A stretch of 63,521 nt of DNA, the filler included, from Octopus bimaculoides (lineage: Eukaryota), in the NCBI RefSeq assembly GCF_001194135.2. It is 5 parts of 4 records of this genome, joined end to end, with 100 filler letters (N's around TTAATTAATTAA, not from the genome) between each part and the next. Parts side by side here need not be neighbours in the genome. Positions count along the whole stretch, not along the records: positions 32,325 to 57,133 come from NC_068988.1; 4 more parts are not named here. One strand, written 5' to 3'. Shown piece by piece: positions 38,969 through 50,440 of the stretch. Below the pieces are notes generated by a model. That model saw only the letters and a list, made by a program, of their open reading frames with translations, was not told the origin of the DNA and did not search any database. Every line of letters starts with the position of its first letter. Position 1 is the stretch's first letter. The position numbers and the translations under genes were made by a program.

Positions 38969-40804
38969 NNNNNNNNNNNNNNNNNNNNNNNNNNNNNNNN
39001 NNNNNNNNNNNNNNNNNNNNNNNNNNNNNNNNNNNNNNNNNNNNNNNNNNNNNNNNNNNNNNNNNNNNNNNNNNNNNNNNNNNNNNNNNNNNNNNNNNNN
39101 NNNNNNNNNNNNNNNNNNNNNNNNNNNNNNNNNNNNNNNNNNNNNNNNNNNNNNNNNNNNNNNNNNNNNNNNNNNNNNNNNNNNNNNNNNNNNNNNNNNN
39201 NNNNNNNNNNNNNNNNNNNNNNNNNNNNNNNNNNNNNNNNNNNNNNNNNNNNNNNNNNNNNNNNNNNNNNNNNNNNNNNNNNNNNNNNNNNNNNNNNNNN
39301 NNNNNNNNNNNNNNNNNNNNNNNNNNNNNNNNNNNNNNNNNNNNNNNNNNNNNNNNNNNNNNNNNNNNNNNNNNNNNNNNNNNNNNNNNNNNNNNNNNNN
39401 NNNNNNNNNNNNNNNNNNNNNNNNNNNNNNNNNNNNNNNNNNNNNNNNNNNNNNNNNNNNNNNNNNNNNNNNNNNNNNNNNNNNNNNNNNNNNNNNNNNN
39501 NNNNNNNNNNNNNNNNNNNNNNNNNNNNNNNNNNNNNNNNNNNNNNNNNNNNNNNNNNNNNNNNNNNNNNNNNNNNNNNNNNNNNNNNNNNNNNNNNNNN
39601 NNNNNNNNNNNNNNNNNNNNNNNNNNNNNNNNNNNNNNNNNNNNNNNNNNNNNNNNNNNNNNNNNNNNNNNNNNNNNNNNNNNNNNNNNNNNNNNNNNNN
39701 NNNNNNNNNNNNNNNNNNNNNNNNNNNNNNNNNNNNNNNNNNNNNNNNNNNNNNNNNNNNNNNNNNNNNNNNNNNNNNNNNNNNNNNNNNNNNNNNNNNN
39801 NNNTATATATATATATACATACATACTTATTTGTATTTGTGTACATATATATCACATTATATAAATTTCATTTCTCCCATAATAAAGCTGTAAATATTAC
39901 GAATTAATTAAAAAAAGATATATATATTTTTTCTGTAGTATCCAATATATATTATAATGATATTATTTTAGTGTCGACGGGGATCTAATTGTATTTCCCT
40001 CTCGTTGAAAGCACAGATAATATTCTTTCGGAGAATATATTGCTTCTTGGTCTATTGAAATTGAGCAGTAAATGCACAGCGGGAACGTAAAATTTGCTAC
40101 AATAAAATCTTCGATTTGATTTACTGTTGCAAGATCTTCGTGTCTGTTCCACTTACATCTTTCATTCACTTGTAGAATATACTAATTTCCAGTGTTTTAT
40201 TATTTTCGTCTCTCTAAAAATTTATTTCTGGTCAGACTTCAGTTTTATTTTCTAGTAAGATTATAACATGATACAACTAGTGTATGATCCAGTCATATTT
40301 CTTGGAAGATGAATCTTTCTTCCTGATACTAAATATCCTTCAGAAAGTTTCTAGTTAATAAATTTTAATATTTGTCGTTGGAACAATTTTTCATTTCTCT
40401 CTTACTTTTATGATCTCTTTATTACTCTTTTACAGCGAAGAAATTTTAATGTCGGTTTATATTTTTAAAATTGACGACCAATTTAGCAAAACATATTGAA
40501 CACCTAAGTCACCCCCTACCTTCTATATATTATTCATGTTTTACAATTGATTTCTCCTGTCTTTCTTCTGTTATACTTAATTGATTCCATTTTCATTGAG
40601 ATCTTAACAGTAAGCAATAAAATGTTTATTCAATAATTATATCTGCATAACAAATTAACCTTTGCTACTTCAGTTTTTTCTTGCCAATATTGACTCAATG
40701 GGTGTCAATATTGCATACTTAACCTTCTATCAGCATAGAATACCGAGAGAACACATTAGCGGAAATAGACTTGTATAAATATGAATATAGTTTAAAATAG
40801 TCTT

Positions 40805-41180
40805 CTGGGGGCAGTGTTTTGGCACAAGCAGTAGAGGATGTCTGACAAAATATCTTGTAATATTTAGCTACTGCTCTATAAGTTTCTAATTTCAAATTTT
40901 ACGGCGATCAGCTGTTATTTTTACCATACTGGGGTCTATAAAATGAGTACCAATTCGGAAATGGAGTCGATCTTGATCAGTTTTTCACACGCTCAAATGT
41001 TTTCAGAGATGGTGTCTATAATATATATGTGAGTAAGTGCTATGGTTTTATCATTTTGGACAACAAAACAAAACGTCTTGTAGCAATTCTGATATAGGGT
41101 TTTACATTCTGAGCTCAAGTCCCACAAAGGTCGGATTTACTTTCCAATCCCTTGGAATCGATAGAATGTATTACCAGTGA
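40805..41180 (+). mobile_element. Two highly decayed SINE family 1-like copies
   Basis: Residual GGGGTCTATAAAATGAGTACCA..GGAGTCGAT and TTCTGAGCTCAAGTCCCAC..GGTCGGATTT..GGAATCGATAGAATG. Confidence 0.5.
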
Positions 41181-41403
41181 ATTAATGAATTCCATTCAAT
41201 TGCCTGCTTCTAATCCTACAATGTATAGTATAGTGCCAATTATATGAAATAATACAGTATTTTACAAAATAGAATCAAAGTAGATTTTCTCTTACATATC
41301 TATATTATAATGATTGAAGAAGTGCTGACTGTGTTCAGTTTATCATTTACCCCCACGTTATTAAATATGTCATACTATTTTGAAGAAATTATAAGTGCAG
41401 GAG

Positions 41404-41745
41404 ATAGGCGCAGGAGTGTCTGTGTGGTAAGTGCCTTCTACTATAGCCTCGGGCAGACCAAAGCCTTGTGAGTGGATTTGGTAGACGGAAACTGAAAGAA
41501 GCCCGTCGTATATATGTATATGTATATATATATGTGTGTTTGTGTGTCTGTGTTTGTCCCTCCAACATCGCTTGACAACCGATGGTGGTGTGCTTACGTC
41601 CCCGTAACTTAGCGGTTCGGCAAAAGAGACTGATAGAATAAGTACTAGGCTTACAAAGAATAAGTCCTGGGGTCGATTTGCTCGACTAAAGGTGGTGCTC
41701 CAGCATGGCCGCAGTCAAATGACTGAAACAAGTAAAAAGTGAATA
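41404..41745 (+). mobile_element. SINE family 2, near full length with an internal deletion in the head
   Basis: ATAGGCGCAGGAGTGTCTGTGTGGTAAG..GACGGAAACTGAAAGAAGCCCGTCG..CCCCGTAACTTAGCGGTTCGGCAAAAGAGA..GGTGGTGCTCCAGCATGGCCGCAGTCAAATGACTGAAACAAGTAAAA. Confidence 0.9.
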
Positions 41746-42087
41746 TTAAAAAAAAATTAGACTATAAAGATTATTTGTATATTAAACATAAATTATAATG
41801 CTTAATATTACAAGATTCGCTTCTGTTTTAAATGTCAACTTCCGTTTGAATTCCATATGTAAACAAATAGCTGTTCTTCCCGCTCGTAAAGAATGTAATA
41901 AAACAAAAAAAAAACAACAAAACAAGTGAGTAAATTATTTTAAAAAGTACTACGTAGTGCAAAAACTATAATCCCTATCTAATAGAATTAACTTTTCAAA
42001 TTGTGTTAGACTGCGGTCAGGCTGTGGTACCACCATGAAATTATTTAATCAATAATATCATCTACCAACACAATTCTTCGCACATGG

Positions 42088-43278
42088 TCAGATATATGTT
42101 GCCTTATCAAGAGCATCAAGAAAAGAAAATATAAAAATATTAATTGAGATAATGTAAAACTCTTTGGGTTTCAAAGCGAACAACTCTGAAATGTCAATTT
42201 CGACCTTCTCCTGGCTTGTGAAAGTTATGTCCCCCAAATGATTCTGTAAACTACCAAACAAATGGTAGTCTGAAGGAGCAAGTTCGGGAGAATAAGGTGG
42301 ATGAGGAATTTTTTCCCAACCAAGCTCTTCGATTTTCTGTGATGTGATCTTTGCAGTGTGGGATCGCACATTGTCCTGATGAAACATAATTCCTTTTCGA
42401 TTCACTAAAGCGGGTCTTTTTTTCTTCAAAACTTTTTTCAAACGCTCTAATTGCTGACAGTAGATTTGAGCATTGATTGCTGCATTAGGTGGTCACAATT
42501 CAAAATGAATTACTCCTTTGCAATCCCACCAGATAGAGAGAGGAACCTTTTTTTCCGGTTGTGTTTGAGCTTTTTCCCTTTTACCAAGCCACTGTTTACG
42601 ACGTTTAACATTTCGATAGAAGATTCATTTTTTGTCACAAGTCACAAGTCTATCCTAAAAGGCTGAAATGAGTTCGCGGGAATGGAGAGAAGAGCAGATG
42701 TCAGCTCGGGACTTGCAGTTGCCTTAGGACAATTCATGAGGCACCCACTTTCCATGTTTAGGAACCTTTCCAAGTTGTTGAAGATGACGATGAATAGTTG
42801 TACGGTTTGAACTAAGTTTTATTGCCAATTCTTCAACTGATAATGCAGGATTTTTTTCAAGTAATGCCTCAAGGAGCTTATCATCAAACTCAGCTGGACG
42901 TCCTGTTCGATCTTCAACTTCAAGGCTGAAATCTCCACTTTTGAATTTTGCAGACCATCTTCTGCAAGTTCTTTCATTCAAGCATTCTTTCCCATAAACT
43001 GAGTGTATGTTCCGAGTCGCTTCGGCTGCAGAGTTTTCATTTTTGTACTCATAAAGTATTATGTGCTTTAAATGCTCTTTGGATACTTCCATTTTAGAAA
43101 GGGTTTTAAATCAAAGAAATTTTAATTCTATTATTCTGTAAAATAATATTTAATTAGTTTAAATGTACACAAATGCACAAAAATAATTTTTAATTCCATC
43201 AGACATTCTAAAATACTATTAAATTTCATTCAATTTTAAAAAAGGTAAAATCGGACAGAACCTATTGGATGACCTGAA
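42088..43278 (-). pseudogene. mariner (DD34D) transposase pseudogene with one TIR
   Basis: ORF 42724-43092 has the HTH and GKWVPHELS. The middle reads RLVTCDKK*IFY..SIWWDCKGVIHFEL, and ORF 42088-42441 has HQDN and PHPPYSPELAPSDYHLF. TIR-like TCAGGTCATCCAATAGGTTCTGTCCG at ~43252-43277. Stops and frameshifts present. Confidence 0.95.
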
Positions 43279-44282
43279 ATTTTGAAATTCATTGAAGTGA
43301 AGATTCATGAACATTTTCTCTTGACAGTCTCATCTCTTTTCCAATTTTGATTATCATCATTTGTAAATGTATCGTGGATTATTTTACTGATTACAGAATA
43401 AACTATAACAGTCTTTGTTTAATTTATGAGCATATTGTCAACTTACTCTATATATATCATATCTATATGCATATATAACATCAATATGCACAACATATAT
43501 GACAGCAGAAAACCACCGGGACGGCGGTTTTTCTGCTAGTTTATCTAATTTCTAATTTTATATACTATTTTAAAATGTTTAGTCCCAATCTAATTGTACG
43601 TTCAGTTTTAGCTATCCTTATATTCACATCATTTTTATAACTCTCTCAACAATTGTTCGTAACAGAATTGGTTGATCATTTGACAGAAATCTCTTTATAC
43701 TTAATTACATCACACCCAATCAAAATCTCAGTGAAGCCAATTTTGTACATTAACCATGTAAGAGTGATGAAATGATATAAAGTTCAGGCATATAATGAAA
43801 GAGAAACATAAATATGAATAAATCGTTCGTTTTATGACATGCCAGAGTCTACTAAAGAAAAAAAGCGGGGATAAAACAGAACTTGTTTTATCGGAGGATT
43901 TCACTCAATGTTACGAGTCTTTTCTCTTCTGAACCCATAGGTATATCAATCTATTCTCAAAACCTAGCATTATTTCATAGAATATAGGGATTCACATCGG
44001 TTTAATATCAACTACCTTTATAAGAACGTATTACAACAGAGAGAAAATAATATTAATATTTTTTTTAAATTTCAAAACTTACTTCGGTGATTCTAGAGTC
44101 AAAAATTCAATATTTGGTTTGAATTCGTCCTAATAAAAACTATTTTACCCACACATGTTCATAAATAAACACAAAGGCTTAAATATGCATAAATACATAC
44201 GTAATTATAAGCACAAGCACACACACAAACACACACATATATGCATAAATATATGTTTGTATGTATGTATGTATCGCTCTCT

Positions 44283-44354
<72 letters not shown>

Positions 44355-44730
44355 NNNNNNNNNNNNNNNNNNNNNNNNNNNNNNNNNNNNNNNNNNNNNN
44401 NNNNNNNNNNNNNNNNNNNNNNNNNNNNNNNNNNNNNNNNNNNNNNNNNNNNNNNNNNNNNNNNNNNNNNNNNNNNNNNNNNNNNNNNNNNNNNNNNNNN
44501 NNNNNNNNNNNNNNNNNNNNNNNNNNNNNNNNNNNNNNNNNNNNNNNNNNNNNNNNNNNNNNNNNNNNNNNNNNNNNNNNNNNNNNNNNNNNNNNNNNNN
44601 NNNNNNNNNNNNNNNNNNNNNNNNNNNNNNNNNNNNNNNNNNNNNNNNNNNNNNNNNNNNNNNNNNNNNNNNNNNNNNNNNNNNNNNNNNNNNNNNNNNN
44701 NNNNNNNNNNNNNNNNNNNNNNNNNNNNNN

Positions 44731-44765
<35 letters not shown>

Positions 44766-44897
44766 CGTAGAAGGTTCTTATGTAGTACCCTAGTATATAT
44801 AAATATATTTTTATATCTTATATATAATCATTAACTTTGCCTGTACGGCTTTTACGTTCGCGGCCACTTACGTTATTATTTTTAGGAATAATATCGT

Positions 44898-44928
<31 letters not shown>

Positions 44929-45493
44929 GGTACTGTGTATATTTAAATACGTAAGAGGATACCACTCATGGGATTCCTTACGCTAGAAGGAACAGCTAGG
45001 CTCTAGAACCATAAAATTAGGGATAAAATCTGAGAAGGAACGAAATGAAAAATAAAAACTTTTACTATCTCTTCTCCTGGACCAAATTGGGTTCTGACTT
45101 TAGATTAGTAAATAAGATAAATTGCTAGGTGAAGTCGTTTTCAACAGGTACACCTAAGACTAAAATATATAAACACGGGGCAATCAGTTACATGCCTCTC
45201 GTTTATACATCCTAATTTTTTGTCAGATCTACTGCGTAAACGCAGCTCTTCACCGGCAATAAAAAATGCCAACTTTTTAAATTCGAAAATTATCCCAAAA
45301 ACTTATTATACTTAATCATATCAAAAGGAAATGGAAATAAATAAAAAAGTTTTACTTCCAAGTAGTCTAGCGTATACAAGTTTAGTCCAAAGACTATGAA
45401 TTACTCATAAGTTTCTAGAACCTAGCTGTTCTTTCTTGCGTATGGGATCCCATGAGTAGATTCCTTTTATGTATTTGAATAATACACTGTACC
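44929..45493. mobile_element. MITE-like element with ~85-bp imperfect terminal inverted repeats
   Basis: Left GGTACTGTGTATATTTAAATACGTAAGAGGATACCACTCATGGGATTCCTTACGCTAGAAGGAACAGCTAGGCTCTAGAA matches the reverse complement of the right end GGTACAGTGTATTATTCAAATACATAAAAGGAATCTACTCATGGGATCCCATACGCAAGAAAGAACAGCTAGGTTCTAGAA. Confidence 0.75.
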
Positions 45494-45527
45494 TTATGAG
45501 TAATTCATAGTCTTTGGACTAAACTTT

Positions 45528-45559
<32 letters not shown>

Positions 45560-46782
45560 NNNNNNNNNNNNNNNNNNNNNNNNNNNNNNNNNNNNNNNNN
45601 NNNNNNNNNNNNNNNNNNNNNNNNNNNNNNNNNNNNNNNNNNNNNNNNNNNNNNNNNNNNNNNNNNNNNNNNNNNNNNNNNNNNNNNNNNNNNNNNNNNN
45701 NNNNNNNNNNNNNNNNNNNNNNNNNNNNNNNNNNNNNNNNNNNNNNNNNNNNNNNNNNNNNNNNNNNNNNNNNNNNNNNNNNNNNNNNNNNNNNNNNNNN
45801 NNNNNNNNNNNNNNNNNNNNNNNNNNNNNNNNNNNNNNNNNNNNNNNNNNNNNNNNNNNNNNNNNNNNNNNNNNNNNNNNNNNNNNNNNNNNNNNNNNNN
45901 NNNNNNNNNNNNNNNNNNNNNNNNNNNNNNNNNNNNNNNNNNNNNNNNNNNNNNNNNNNNNNNNNNNNNNNNNNNNNNNNNNNNNNNNNNNNNNNNNNNN
46001 NNNNNTATATATATATATATATATATATATCTATGTGTGTGTATAAATAATACATGCTCGAAAAATTTAACCAAGAAAAATCTTGTTTCCAGAACAAGAG
46101 TTAAAAATAGCTGAAAAATAAAAACATTATATACCGGAATATTTTCCTCTTCTTATCTGTATCGCTATATTTCTACAGACATCTTGCCCATTGACTGACT
46201 TAATGCCAGGAGCACAAATATGGTGTTGTTTGGTTAATGTCTTGTTTGTTTAGTTTTCAGAAAGAAACTAAATCTTCGTTGTTTAAATTTCTGGTCAAAA
46301 GTTAGTCGATGTCATTATGTCACAATCAAATGCCGTAGAGCTAATGGCTTTGATAGTTTTGTATTCTACATAAATTACATTTTAAGTAGCCGACAGCACA
46401 AAAATATTACCAGCAAATTTTAATAATGATAACTCATTATATATTGGCTTTGTAGTTTACATGATATCCAGAGAATGACAGAAGTGTTTACCTTCTATTA
46501 TTGGATAAAAAGCAGAATATTTTAAAATATCAACAAATTTATCAGTTTATAAATATGTAAATTTCTGTATTCATGTCCAGTAGCATAATGTTTTATTTAT
46601 TTAAGTTATATTGGCAATGGATGTTGACTAATGCAGTAGTGCATAATTCGTTTGTATGTTCCTTCAGCTGGAGTTCAAACTTCACAAATGCTTGATTTTT
46701 GCCTTTGGAACTTTTCTGGTTTATCCCATAAGTACTAGTTCACCACTGGAATTTTGCTTTCACTCTAAAAGGTCTTCACCTA

Positions 46783-46838
<56 letters not shown>

Positions 46839-46959
46839 GATCTAACTACCTATCTGTATGTCTGTCTGTCAATCAATTATTTCTTACATTCTTTTTCTTT
46901 TCTTAGCTACTAGACAATTGCATTTCTAGCTCTGCATTGAAGGAAGCTTTACTTTTTGA

Positions 46960-47103
46960 ACTCACGTTTTTGTGCGCAACGTTGTTGTTAAACCTCTGTT
47001 AACAGCACCGTATGCAGGTCCTTTCCGTTTACCTTCACGCACAGATAGATCTTTCACTATAGACCTTCATGGTCGTAAAGATACTATATCAGTGAATAAA
47101 TGA
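46960..47103 (+). pseudogene. Gypsy-type LTR retrotransposon integrase C-terminal remnant
   Basis: Manual translation THVFVRNVVVKPLLTAPYAGPFRLPSRTDRSFTIDLHGRKDTISVNK* contains the integrase GPF motif region. At 47 aa it is below the ORF-track cutoff. Confidence 0.8.
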
Positions 47104-48763
47104 TATAGAGAAAACTGTCCCTGTTCCCACTACAGACGTCATACACACAGAATTGCAAACACGACCCGCAAACCCACCTTCACATTCTATGACTACCATT
47201 GGAATCGATCATATACCGGACAAGGATTCTGGATTATTTCCCCGGAATTTTTCCTTAATTTTTGAGAGCGGTCAGATTCATTTTTAGCATTCTCGTTTGT
47301 GAAAGCAGTCTAGTTTATTTCAGATATTCTCATTTTAAAAATCATCTCTGATAACCAATGCTTCTTTAATATATATATATATATATATANNNNNNNNNNN
47401 NNNNNNNNNNNNNNNNNNNNNNNNNNNNNNNNNNNNNNNNNNNNNNNNNNNNNNNNNNNNNNNNNNNNNNNNNNNNNNNNNNNNNNNNNNNNNNNNNNNN
47501 NNNNNNNNNNNNNNNNNNNNNNNNNNNNNNNNNNNNNNNNNNNNNNNNNNNNNNNNNNNNNNNNNNNNNNNNNNNNNNNNNNNNNNNNNNNNNNNNNNNN
47601 NNNNNNNNNNNNNNNNNNNNNNNNNNNNNNNNNNNNNNNNNNNNNNNNNNNNNNNNNNNNNNNNNNNNNNNNNNNNNNNNNNNNNNNNNNNNNNNNNNNN
47701 NNNNNNNNNNNNNNNNNNNNNNNNNNNNNNNNNNNNNNNNNNNNNNNNNNNNNNNNNNNNNNNNNNNNNNNNNNNNNNNNNNNNNNNNNNNNNNNNNNNN
47801 NNNNNNNNNNNNNNNNNNNNNNNNNNNNNNNNNNNNNNNNNNNNNNNNNNNNNNNNNNNNNNNNNNNNNNNNNNNNNNNNNNNNNNNNNNNNNNNNNNNN
47901 NNNNNNNNNNNNNNNNNNNNNNNNNNNNNNNNNNNNNNNNNNNNNNNNNNNNNNNNNNNNNNNNNNNNNNNNNNNNNNNNNNNNNNNNNNNNNNNNNNNN
48001 NNNNNNNNNNNNNNNNNNNNNNNNNNNNNNNNNNNNNNNNNNNNNNNNNNNNNNNNNNNNNNNNNNNNNNNNNNNNNNNNNNNNNNNNNNNNNNNNNNNN
48101 NNNNNNNNNNNNNNNNNNNNNNNNNNNNNNNNNNNNNNNNNNNNNNNNNNNNNNNNNNNNNNNNNNNNNNNNNNNNNNNNNNNNNNNNNNNNNNNNNNNN
48201 NNNNNNNNNNNNNNNNNNNNNNNNNNNNNNNNNNNNNNNNNNNNNNNNNNNNNNNNNNNNNNNNNNNNNNNNNNNNNNNNNNNNNNNNNNNNNNNNNNNN
48301 NNNNNNNNNNNNNNNNNNNNNNNNNNNNNNNNNNNNNNNNNNNNNNNNNNNNNNNNNNNNNNNNNNNNNATATATAATAGAAATAGATTTCAAAGAAAAA
48401 AATAACCGACACGTGATAGATATAAGGGGAAAATAAGAAGAAAAAAGCCAACATGCACATTGTATATTAAACAAATTATGGCTTTTTAATGAAAAGTAAC
48501 GATAAATATATACAATTAGATGAACTCAGGGATTCAAAGTTATACCGGCTTCGTCAATTGCTGTTCACTGGCTTTGAATGGGCACCGATTACCAAACGGT
48601 GTCAGGTCTACTAGTCCCTAAGTAAAAAGATTATATGCAAGGGAGGTAAGTAGTTCTGGGAATGGTACAATTCGGGTAGATGTACTACTGTAATAAGAAT
48701 GGTGTATGGAATGTATGGGAATTAGTGGTATTAATGGTAAGGTCAGTAGTGTTATATATTATG

Positions 48764-49570
48764 TTATGTGTTCATGTTAATTTGTGGATGATATTTATTG
48801 ATGAAACTTGCTTCTTTATTCATTCTTCGCTGAACTGAGGTGTTTTGTGAACATTGATATAAAGGGAAAATTTGGAAGTTAGGATTAAAATTTCTAGCAT
48901 ACTTTCTATGTGTTCACTGACCTGTAACTGTCTGTATTGTGGATAGCGGATTTGTTCTTTGTGCAGAGTTGTTCTTCGACGGAGTGACATCCCTGTTTGG
49001 CCAATATAATGATTACCGCATCCTAAGCAGATAATGGCATAGACTAGGTTTTCAGAGGCACAAGTGAAATTTGATTTTTTGTCTTAAATATTTCACCTTG
49101 TTTAAAATGAAACTCTGTACCATTCAAAAGATGGGAGCATGTGCCACAATTATGTCGACCACATTTTTTCACTTTTGGTTCCGTTGTTAACGGATATAGT
49201 CTTGCGTTGGTTAATATATTTTTCAATGATTTCGGTTGCATGTTGCTCTTGATAATGTTGTGTGAGTCTAAATTTTTGTTCATTGTTTTATCTCCTGTGA
49301 GGATGCGTAGATTTTGGATGATAATTTTGAAGGCCTCATTGTTTCTAGGGTTGTGTGTGAAGATGTAAGGGAGTACTTTTGAGTCTGGTATAGTATTTCG
49401 GTTGACTTCCCTGTTTATTTCCTTTGCTCGTTTAATCCCGTCATTTATTAATGATATTGAGGTAATGTTTCTTGATTAGCATTGATCTGTGTTCAAGATG
49501 TCTTCGTTCACGAGTATTAGTGTCCGAAACTATGGTACAGATTCTTTTCGCTAGATTATAAGGTATGTTC
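48764..49570 (-). pseudogene. Penelope-like element ORF 3' part: RT thumb, Cys-rich linker and GIY-YIG endonuclease (frameshifted)
   Basis: NIPYNLAKRICTIVSD, then INDGIKRAKE..LPYIFTHNPRN, linker KKCGRHNCGTCSHL, and ENLVYAIICLGCGNHYIGQTGMSLRRRTTLH (GIY-YIG signature), ending KEASFINKYHPQIN. Confidence 0.9.
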
Positions 49571-49589
49571 TTTTCCTACATTATACTAT

Positions 49590-49745
49590 TCCCTTTCTCT
49601 TTTCCGACGAAGAGCTATGCTCGAAACGTCAAACACCTTCTCTTTTTACTGAGCGTCAGGCTAATACATTCCTTGTGCACGTCCTCTTGTAGTCTGTTAT
49701 TGTTCTTTTATTATCCGTTTATTTAAATTGACTATATATATATAT
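49590..49745 (+). mobile_element. Inverted Penelope terminal repeat fragment with minimal hammerhead fold (49601-49633)
   Basis: UUU-CCGACGA-A-GAGC-UAU-GCUC-GAAA-CGUC-AAA. Downstream GAGCGTCA..CTAATACAT..GTCCTC..GTCTGTT is similar to the 20707 family and ends in (TA)n. Confidence 0.7.
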
Positions 49746-50440
49746 ATTGTTTCTATTTCTGCAGGACCATTCCCACTCTACGCTATTATAATCTCTGTAC
49801 TCGGGACACTTCTTGTTGTGGTTGCTATTTTGGCCGTTATCTCACACAGGTAAGAAAATTCGAATTCTATCAATTTTTTTAGTATTTTGTTTTTATTATA
49901 ACAAAAGAGTAATCCGCAATCCATTTCAGAACGTACTCCACAAAATTTTATGGGACAATCCAATGGTACTCCAAAAATAAAATCATAATTCAACACAGAA
50001 TGACATAAATTTCACCGTGACCTAGCCAAATTTCAGTGATTTCAGCAAGGTATACGGATTAGGTTGTTTATCGATCTATAATATCAGAACAACGAAATTT
50101 TCACATTAAATGTGACTGACTGTTACGGTAAATTGATCTCGCTTCTCTACATATTGCTGCCACGGTCAACTCCATTTCAATCACATCAAATAATTCAATA
50201 ATATGATTCGTAATTGTAAACTCATGTTTCCTTACTTTTATTTTTACTGATATCCTCATCGATTCTTATACTTTTTCTTGGCGTTTTTGTCACTAGTACT
50301 TTTCTTTATCACCATACATTCTTCTTCTTCTTCTTCTTCTTACTACTGCTGCTGCCGCTGCTTCTGCCACAGGAGCAACTGCTGCTGCTTCTGTGGGTGA
50401 TGCTGGTGGTACTGCTGCTTTATCATCATCATTTATTATC

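Noticed and set aside
48540-48560. Minus-strand UUGACGA-A-GCCGG in the Penelope 3' UTR as a hammerhead core
   Set aside because: No complementary stem II strand or GAAA follows.
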